Positions 56,197 through 64,000 of a stretch of 64,000 nucleotides of DNA are shown one piece after another; the first letter of the stretch is position 1, and every line of letters begins with the position of its first letter. Below the pieces are notes generated by a model. The model had not been told where the DNA came from. It saw only the letters and a list, made by a program, of their open reading frames with translations, and searched no databases. Origin of the DNA: an uncultured Alphaproteobacteria bacterium (GTDB taxonomy: Bacteria; Pseudomonadota; Alphaproteobacteria; Rhizobiales; Xanthobacteraceae); contig CAVULS010000004.1 of assembly GCA_963742385.1 (NCBI GenBank), forward strand, positions 89,747 to 153,746, read 5' to 3'. The translations under genes and the position numbers were made by a program.

Positions 56197-56304
56197 GCGC
56201 GTTCATTTGGCTGACATCCGATTATTCCGCCGCCGGCGCTGCCGCGCCCGCGGCCAACAGCCGCCACCTTCGAAGCAACGTCGCGAAAACCAGCCGGCCA
56301 AACG

Positions 56305-57020
56305 CTAGTACTTCGGACCCACGTGGTTGGTGTAGTAGTCGGCGCTCGTTGGCACCTTCGCTTTTTCCTTGCCGACGCCGTAGGGCTGGTCGGGAGACGG
56401 CGTCTGGTAGCCGGCCGGCGGATCGGTCAGGCTTGCGCGCGGCGGCTCGCCGGTGAATTTGGCAGCTTGTTCGTCATCCTTTTTGCCGAACATGTTGCTG
56501 AAGAGGCCGCCATTGTAGCCCAGTTCCGACGGGCTGACAGGGACGGCGGCGATTCCTCGTAGGTCATCGCACCGGCGTCGCGTTGCGGAATTTTTGCGCT
56601 GACCGACGTCCAATTTGTTCGGCGACAGACGGCTTGCGGTTGTCCTCAAACTTCTGGCTGGTATCGATGCCCGCGTTACGCTCGGCCGCCTTGATCTGTT
56701 TCTGCGCGCTTGACGTCCGGATCGACCGGCCAGTTTGGGTCTTTGGCGGCAGCGTCCGTTTCCGGCGGCGGCAGTGAATTGCTCGGCGGGATCACCAGCG
56801 GCGCGCGCTCGCGATACTCGATCCCCTTGGTATTGGGCCCCTGCAAGGCCGATGCCTTCGAGCAGGTTGCGCAGAAATCTTGATGTCAGGCGCTTCGTCG
56901 TCGTCGCCGGCGCGCGCCGGCGTCCAGGCGAGAACGGCGACAACGGCGACCGCGCAGCCAAAAGACAGCGCAGGGCAGAATCTTGCGGTTATCGGTCGCA
57001 GCTAAACACCGATTTCGCAC
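56305..57020 (-). CDS. Conserved hypothetical exported protein (frameshifted, start uncertain)
   Basis: [10 protein letters not shown] and C-terminal [27 protein letters not shown]; between lspA and the M16 pair. Confidence 0.6.
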
Positions 57021-57066
57021 TCGCTCTTTCGCTGGGGCCATCGCCAGACCCGCATCTTGCCCGGCA

Positions 57067-57586
57067 TCAGGGCGCTTTTGCGGCGCGGTCCCCGCTCACG
57101 GACTCATACAGCAGGCCGATAACCCCGGCAACGATAGCGACATCGGCGAGATTAAAGACATACCAGTCGAACCGCCAATTTGCTGCCGGAAATGTGAAAA
57201 AACACGAAATCGGCGACCCAGCCATAGGCCAGCCGGTCGATGGCGTTGCCCACCGCCCCGCCGATAATCAACCCGAGCGACAGCGCGGTCAGCCGGGTAT
57301 GGGCGCGGGCGAGCCAGACCCAGAGCAGCACCACGGCGACCACCTTGAAGCCGAGCATCACCCATTGGCCGAGCGCGCCTTGGGTCTGGAACAGGCCGTA
57401 GCTGATGCCGGTGTTGCGGGCGAGCACGAAATCGATGAACGGCGTGACGTGCACGGGGCTGCGGTCGGCGAGTCGTAGACCCGCAGGAGGTATAGCTTGC
57501 TGGCCTGGTCGAGGACGCAAGCAATGGCCGCGACGATGAGGCCGAGAGCGCGTGAAGGGGCCGGAGAGATAGGACGAAGCGCTCAT
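57067..57586 (-). CDS. lspA: Lipoprotein signal peptidase (frameshifted)
   Basis: [37 protein letters not shown]. Confidence 0.92.
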
Positions 57587-57599
57587 CGTTGCCCGGCGG

Positions 57600-60500
57600 C
57601 TACTCCGCCGCCTTGCGCATGGCTTCCCATTCGCGCAGCGCCTTGGCGTCGCGCGGCGAAACATCCGGGTACTCCGGATCGGCGCCGATGGTGGTGAGGA
57701 TTTTCCACGAGCGCGCGCATTTGCGTCCTTCGGCGAGATTCGGCACCACGGCAACGCCCGATACGTCGGGCAGCCGGAAGGCGTCAGCCGGCCCCTCGCC
57801 TTCCACCAGCGTCGCCGCCGAGGTGATGCAGACCTCGGCGAGATCGACATCGGCGACGGCCTCGAACAGGTCCTCATTCGAGATGTGCACAATCGGATGC
57901 GCTTCGAGCGAGGAGCCGATGCGCTTCTGCGCGCGCTCGATCTCCAGCGCGCCGGTGACGACGCGGCGCACGGTGCGCACCTTGCGCCATTTCTCGGCGA
58001 GTTTGTCGTCGCGCCAGGCCGCCGGCACCTCGGGGAACAGTTCGAGATGCACCGAGCGCGGCTTTGTCGCCATAGCGCGAGAGCCAGGATTCCTCGGCGG
58101 TGAAGCAAAGCATCGGCGCGAGCCAGATCACCGTGCAGCGGAACAGGTGATCGAGCACGGTCAGGCAGGCCTTGCGCGTCATCGACGAGATCGGATCGCA
58201 GTAGAGCGCGTCCTTGCGGATGTCGAAATAGAACGCCGACAGATCGGAGGTCATAAACGAGGCGAGCGCGGCGAAGATGCGCTTGTAGTCGAATTCGGCG
58301 TAGGCCTGGCGGATGAGGACGTCGAGCTCGGCCAAGCCGATGCAGCATCAGCCGCTCGAGCTCCGGCATCGCCTCGTGCTTGACGCGCTCGTCCTCGTGA
58401 AAATGCGCAAGATTGCCGAGCATCCAGCGGATGGTGTTGCGCAGCTTGCGGTAGGTGTCGGTCGTGGTCTTGAGGATTTCCGGGCCGATGCGCTGGTCGT
58501 CCCAGTAATCGGCCGATGCCACCCACATGCGCAGGATGTCGGCGCCGGACTGCTTGATCACGTCCTGCGGCGCGATGGTGTTGCCGAGCGACTTCGACAT
58601 CTTGCGGCCGTCCTCGGCCAGCGTGAAGCCGTGGGTGACGACGACGTCGAAAGGCGCGCGCCCGCGCGTGCCGCAGGACTCAAGCAGCGACGACTGGAAC
58701 CAGCCGCGGTGCTGGTCGCTGCCTTCCAGATACATCACCGTGTCGGCGCCGCCGTCGCGCTTGCGCTTGATGCCGGCGAGCGAGGGGAAATGCACGGGGT
58801 CTTCGAGCACGAAGGCATGCGTCGAGCCTGAATCGAACCAGACGTCGAGAATGTCGTCGACCTTCTGCCAGCCGTCGTCGGCGAGCGCGCCAAGGAAGCG
58901 CTCGCGCGCGCCCGGCTTGTACCAGGCATCGGCGCCTTCGGCGTCGAAGGCCTCGACGATGCGCATGTTGACTTCGACGTCGTCGAGAATGTCGACCGAG
59001 CCGTCCGGCTTTTCCTTGATGAACACGGCGATCGGCACGCCCCAGGCGCGCTGGCGCGAGATCACCCAGTCCGGCTTGCTGTCGACCATGCCGTTGATGC
59101 GGTTCTCGCCCTGCGGCGGCACCCAATGCGTGTCGCTGATCGCCTGCATGGCGCGCGCGCGCAGCGTGTCGCCGGGCTTGTCGATCCCCTTGTCCATGGC
59201 GATGAACCACTGCGGCGTGTTGCGGAAGATGATCGGCTTCTTCGAGCGCCAGGAGTGCGGATATTGATGCTTGAGGCGGCCGCGCGCGATCAGCATGCCG
59301 GCCTCGATCAGCGCCTTGATCACCGCCTCGTTGGCGTCGCCCTTCTCGCCCTTGTCGTTGATGACGCGCTTGCCGGTGAAGCCCGGCGCCTGCTCGGTGA
59401 AGGCGCCGTTTTCGTCGACGGTGTAGGGAATGGTCGGGTTGATGCCGCGCGCTTCCAGCTCGGCCTGTTTGCCGTCCACACCTCGAAGTCCTCACGGCCG
59501 TGGCCGGGCGCGGTGTGCACGAAGCCGGTGCCGGCATCGTCGGTGACGTGGTCACCCTCGAGAAGCGGCACATCGAAAGTCGTAGCCCATGCCGCGAGCG
59601 GATGATCGCACGTCATGTTCGCAGCAGTCTTCGGCGGTCACGTCGCCAACTCGTTCGATAAGCACTGACGCGCGCCTGCTTAAACACGTTCAGCCAGAGC
59701 TGTTCGCGAGAACAAACCGGTCGCCGACCTTCGCCCAATTGTCAGCCGGCGCATCGGTCACTTCGATAGAGTCCGTATTTGATTTTCGGCGAGTAAGCTA
59801 ATGGCGCGGTTGCCTGGGATCGTCCACGGCGTCGTTGTCCAGATGACGATGCTCGACGTGCAGTAAATCGTCCGCAGTCACCGCATTCTGGCTGTCGGCG
59901 TTCCACTCGAAGTCCGAAGTCAGAACCGGAAACTTCACCCACACCTGATCACTGGTGTAGTCCTCGTACTCGACCTCGGCCTCGGCGAGCGCGGTCTTCT
60001 CCACCACGCTCCACATCACCGGCTTGGAGCCGCGAAACAGCGTCTTGTTCGCCGCGAACTTCATCAGCTCGCGCGCGATCTGCGCCTCGGCGTAGAAGGC
60101 CATCGTCGTATAAGGATGCGCCCAGTCGCCGACGACGCCGAGCCGCTTGAACTCCTCGCGCTGCACGCCGAGCCAGTGCTCGGCATAGGCGCGGCACTCG
60201 CGGCGGAAAGCGACCATGGCGTCGGGATCGGAGAGGTCGGGCTTCTGCTTGCCTTTGGAGCGGTAATTCTCCTCCTCGATCTTCCACTCGATCGGCAGGC
60301 CGTGGCAGTCCCAGCCCGGCACGTAATTGGAATCGAAGCCGAGCATCTGCTGGCTGCGCGTCACCAGGTCCTTGAGGATCTTGTTGAGCGCGGTGCCGAT
60401 ATGGATCGGCCCGTTGGCGTAAGGCGGGCCGTCGTGCAGGATGAATTTCGCCCGGCCCTTCGCCTGCAGCGCGCAGCTGCTCGTAGAGGCCGGCCTTCTC

Positions 60501-60608
60501 CCAGCGCGCCAAAATCTCCGGCTCCTTTGCGGGGAGACCGGCGCGCATCGGGAAATCCGTCTGCGGCAGGAACAAAGTCTCGGAATAATCGCGCGCGGGC
60601 TTCGACAT
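57600..60608 (-). CDS. ileS: Isoleucine--tRNA ligase (multiple frameshifts; poor sequence 59450-59900)
   Basis: [68 protein letters not shown]. Confidence 0.96.
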
Positions 60609-60639
60609 GGCGGGCTGTGTAGCAGGCACCGGCGCGGGC

Positions 60640-61628
60640 GCAAAGACGGGCTCCGGCGAGCCCAGCAGCGGAAACGCCTTGCCGGCGCGCTGCAGCGACA
60701 TGCGGGCCTGCGCGACGTCGGCCATCATGTTGCGCTTGAGCGCCTCGATCGATGAGAATTTCTGCTCGTGGCGCAGCCAGCCGATGAAAGCGACGTCGAT
60801 CGTCCGCCCGTAAAGCTCGCCGTCGAAATCGAACAGGAACACTTCCAGCAGCGGCGCGGGCGTCTCAAACATCGGCCGCAGGCCGAAACTCGCCACGCCG
60901 TCGTAGCGCTTGCCGTCGATGCCGGCACGCACCGCATAGATGCCATGCTTGAGCCCGCAGGCCGGATCGAGCCTGATATTGGCGGTGGGGAAGCCAAGCT
61001 CGCGCCCGCGCTTGTCGCCGTGGATCACCTCGCCGGACACGAACCACGGCGCGCCGAGCAGCTCCGCCGCTTCCACCACCTTGCCCTCGTGGAGCGCCGT
61101 GCGCACCGTGCCCGACGACACCGGCCGGCCCTCATCCTCGAGCGGCGGCACGATGTCGACGGCAAAGCCGAGCCGCCTGCCCTGCTGCTGCAAATACTCC
61201 GGCGAGCCGGCGCGGTTCTTGCCGAAATGGAAATCGAAGCCAATGGCCGCGCCGCCGATGCCGAAACGGCCCACGAGAATCTTCTCGATGAATTCTTCCG
61301 CCGAGGTCGCCATCAGCGCCGCGTCGAAGGTCATGATGATGGCGCCATCGAGTCCGGCGCCTGCAAGCAGGCGCAACTTGTTGCGCTCGCTCGAAAGCTC
61401 GAACAGCGCGTCCTGCGGCCGCAGGAACTTTCGCGGGTGCGGCGAGAAGGTGAGCGCCGCAGCCTTGCGGTTGAACTCTCTCGCTCGTGCGCGCGCGGCG
61501 TCGATCACGGTGCGGTGGCCGCGGTGCACGCCGTCGAAATTGCCGATGGCGACGATGGCCCCGTGCAGCGCAGCATCGTCGCCACTGCGCACAACCGTGA
61601 AGGCGTTGACCGGTGCGTTCGAAATCAT
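60640..61628 (-). CDS. ribF: Riboflavin kinase/FAD synthetase; no stop before ileS, 3' end approximate
   Basis: [47 protein letters not shown]. Confidence 0.93.
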
Positions 61629-61720
61629 TCATCGGCGGGAGGGGAGTTGAAACGAAAAAAAGATCTCACGGCGGCGTGCCCGATTTTGCGGCATGCCTGC
61701 CGTTTCAGCGCCGGATACGG

Positions 61721-61762
61721 TTACAGCTTCGTTAACAAAGTTTCAAATTAACCGGTTATTCA
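61721..61762 (+). promoter_or_regulatory. Cluster of CtrA-like sites upstream of the cheY-like gene
   Basis: TTAC-N7-TTAAC (61721), TTAA-N7-TCAA (61732), TTAA-N7-TTCA (61748). Confidence 0.65.
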
Positions 61763-61819
61763 AGCGCCATTGCTAGCTTCACCCACAGTCTCGGGAGGCC
61801 CCTCCGCGGGCGATACGCC

Positions 61820-62224
61820 ATGGCTACCGATCTATCGATGCCGGTCCTGATCGTGGACGACTACAACACGATGGTGCGCATCATCCGCAACCTGCTCAAG
61901 CAGCTCGGCTTTGAGCATATCGACGACGCCAATGACGGCTCAGCCGCGCTCGCCAAGATGCGCGTCCGCAGGTACGGCCTGGTCATTTCCGACTGGAACA
62001 TGGAACCGATGACCGGCTACGACCTGTTGCAGGAGGTGCGCGCGGATCCGGCGCTGTCGACGACCCCCTTCATCATGGTCACCGCCGAATCGAAGACCGA
62101 GAACGTGATCGCCGCCAAGAAGGCCGGCGTGTCGAATTACATCGTCAAGCCGTTCAACGCGCAGACGCTCAAGACCAAGATCGACGCGGTGTTCCCCGAC
62201 GTCGTCGCCGCAGCGGCGCAGTAA
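61820..62224 (+). CDS. cheY: CheY-like single-domain response regulator
   Basis: LIVDD, ISDWNMEPMTG, FIMVTAE, YIVKPF. Confidence 0.85.
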   Translation: MATDLSMPVLIVDDYNTMVRIIRNLLKQLGFEHIDDANDGSAALAKMRVRRYGLVISDWNMEPMTGYDLLQEVRADPALSTTPFIMVTAESKTENVIAAKKAGVSNYIVKPFNAQTLKTKIDAVFPDVVAAAAQ

Positions 62225-62227
62225 GTC

Positions 62228-63094
62228 CTACCACACCAGCTGGCGCATCACCGCCTTCGGCAATTCGCCGGCCGTGGCAAACAAGCCACTGATCGCATGC
62301 GCCTGCGGGTGCTCGCGGGTGCCTAGTTCCTCGGCGTGAATCCCTGAGGTGATGAACAGGCAATCGATGCCGAACGCGTGCGCGCCGGCAAGATCGGTGC
62401 GCACCGAATCGCCGACCGCCAGCACCCGGCGCATTTCCGCCTTGCGGCCGATGCTCGTTTCGGCCTTGGCCAGCGCCATGTCGTAGATCGGCCGGTGCGG
62501 CTTGCCGGCATAGAGGACATCGCCGCCCATGTCGGCATAGATGTCGGCGATTGCGCCGGCGCAATACACGAGGCGGTCGCCGCGTTCGACGACGATGTCG
62601 GGATTGCCGCAGACCATGAACAATTTGCGCTCGAGCATCGTCTCCAGCCGCCCACGATAGTCGTCCGGCGTCTCATTCTCGTCGTCGACCAGTCCGGAGC
62701 ACACGACATAGTCGGCGCTTTCGAGCGGAGCAAAGCGCAGGTTCAGCCCGGCGAAAATCGAGCGGTCGCGCTCCGGGCCCAGATGGAACAGGCTTTGTCC
62801 GGGCCGCGACTGGATCACGCCGCGGCTGACGTCGCCGGAAGACACAATCGCGTCATAGGTCTCGCGCGGCACCTGCAGGCGTTCGAGCTGCCGCGCCACC
62901 ACCTCGCTCGGGCGTGGCGCATTGGTGATCATGATCACGGCGGCGCCGCGGGCGCGCGCCCGCATCAGGGCGTCGCAGGGTTCGGCGAAGGCGTGGAGGC
63001 CGTTATGCACGACACCCCAGACGTCGCACAACAGCACGTCGTAGTCGGGCGCGAACGCCGAAAAATGCGGGATCACGGGGGGCATGGCGCTCAT
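62228..63094 (-). CDS. HAD-IIA family hydrolase
   Basis: CDVWGVVHNG, TNAPR, NPD, AGKP, VGDSVRTD. Confidence 0.9.
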   Translation of the reverse strand: MSAMPPVIPHFSAFAPDYDVLLCDVWGVVHNGLHAFAEPCDALMRARARGAAVIMITNAPRPSEVVARQLERLQVPRETYDAIVSSGDVSRGVIQSRPGQSLFHLGPERDRSIFAGLNLRFAPLESADYVVCSGLVDDENETPDDYRGRLETMLERKLFMVCGNPDIVVERGDRLVYCAGAIADIYADMGGDVLYAGKPHRPIYDMALAKAETSIGRKAEMRRVLAVGDSVRTDLAGAHAFGIDCLFITSGIHAEELGTREHPQAHAISGLFATAGELPKAVMRQLVW

Positions 63095-63142
63095 GGCGCA
63101 GGTTCATAGCCGAAGGCGCGAGCGCCCGGCCAGCTTTTTTGT

Positions 63143-64000
63143 TCAACCGGTAATCGCCGCCGCGGTGAATTCGTTCGGCACGTCGTCCGCCGATAGCGGC
63201 GATTCGGCGCTGCCGGCAGCGCCCTGCAGCGCCTCGGCGCGCACCGGCCGCGGCGGCGAGAACAGGAAGCCCTGGCCGAAGCGCACGTCATAGTCGAGCA
63301 GATCGACGACCATGCTTTCGGTTTCGATGCGCTCGGCGACAAGATCGATGCCCGAGCGCGCCAGCAGATCGGCAAGGTCGGCGGGATGGATATCGCTGTG
63401 CGCGCCGGTGATGCGGCTGAGCAGCATCTTCGCCGGCACCTTGACGAAGCGAAAGCCGCGATCAGCCAGTTCCTTCGGCTCGAGGCGCAGATCGGCGACA
63501 TGATCGAGCGAAAAACGAAAGCCGCGCTCGGCGAGCGAGGCGAGCGCCTCGTTTTCCAGCGGGCCGAAATTGCGATAGGCGGCGTGGGTAAACTCGAGCA
63601 GCATCGAGGGGCCGAGCGCACGATTGGCATCCATGAAATCGAAGAATTGCTTGAAATAGGTGGCGTCCTGCAATGTCGTGATGCTGACATTGCAGAACAG
63701 GCCGACATCGCGGTTCTTCATCTGCAGACGGCGCATCACCTGCACGCAGCGGAACATCAGCAGATTGTCGAGCTTGGGCATCAGCCCGGAGCGTTCCGCG
63801 ACTTCGATGAATTCGGCCGCCGGCACCACGTCGTCCTGCTCGGTGCGCAGCCGCGACACCGCCTCGTAGTAGCGCACCTTGCGTTGCGGCAGCGTGACGA
63901 TCGGCTGCAGATAAAGATCGATGCGGTTGGCATCGATCGCGGCAGCAATAGTCGCGCTCATGCCTTCGCGGCTGATGGCACCCAGGACACCGGCGTCGCC
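63143..64000 (-). CDS. Degenerate EAL-domain protein, TipF-like (5' end outside window)
   Basis: LYLQPIVTLPQRKVRYYEAVSR, FGQGFLFSPP; DDFGTG replaced by LDHVAD. Confidence 0.8.
   Translation of the reverse strand, partial: GDAGVLGAISREGMSATIAAAIDANRIDLYLQPIVTLPQRKVRYYEAVSRLRTEQDDVVPAAEFIEVAERSGLMPKLDNLLMFRCVQVMRRLQMKNRDVGLFCNVSITTLQDATYFKQFFDFMDANRALGPSMLLEFTHAAYRNFGPLENEALASLAERGFRFSLDHVADLRLEPKELADRGFRFVKVPAKMLLSRITGAHSDIHPADLADLLARSGIDLVAERIETESMVVDLLDYDVRFGQGFLFSPPRPVRAEALQGAAGSAESPLSADDVPNEFTAAAITG

Noticed and set aside
57152-59479. Apparent IleS-LspA fusion ORF
   Set aside because: Produced by frameshifts; IleS has its own stop at 57600 and lspA its own ATG at 57586

Overview
High-GC core chromosomal segment of an alphaproteobacterium; gene content and order point to Hyphomicrobiales, probably Xanthobacteraceae/Nitrobacteraceae-like (inference). 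Many essential genes (ddl, ftsI, lpxK, ileS, lspA) carry single-base frameshifts, most likely uncorrected long-read indels rather than pseudogenes. In order: the dcw cluster (mraZ to ftsA, minus strand) interrupted by three extra genes, an amidase, an AraC cassette, rnpB, a MarR/TRAP/5-oxoprolinase locus, TetR-emrAB, pmbA-cysQ-like-DUF4170-DUF374-waaA-lpxK, xseA/purD, two small secreted proteins, tadA, rluB-rsmD, mutL, arfB, pgi, an M16B peptidase pair, lspA-ileS-ribF, a CheY-like regulator, a HAD hydrolase and a TipF-like EAL protein. The most notable unexplained structure is 11 short palindromic REP/MITE-like elements in about 5 families plus one REP-like hairpin. Some appear co-opted: one is translated in-frame inside the oxoprolinase, one lies in the RluB tail, the hairpin extends helix P9 of RNase P RNA, one supplies the Shine-Dalgarno of dctQ, and two overlap stop codons. 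Other leads are a stop-free ribF-ileS junction, twin 75-aa secreted proteins with twin terminators, and a 57-aa ORF missing from the ORF track. Family assignments come from recalled motifs and synteny, not database searches.
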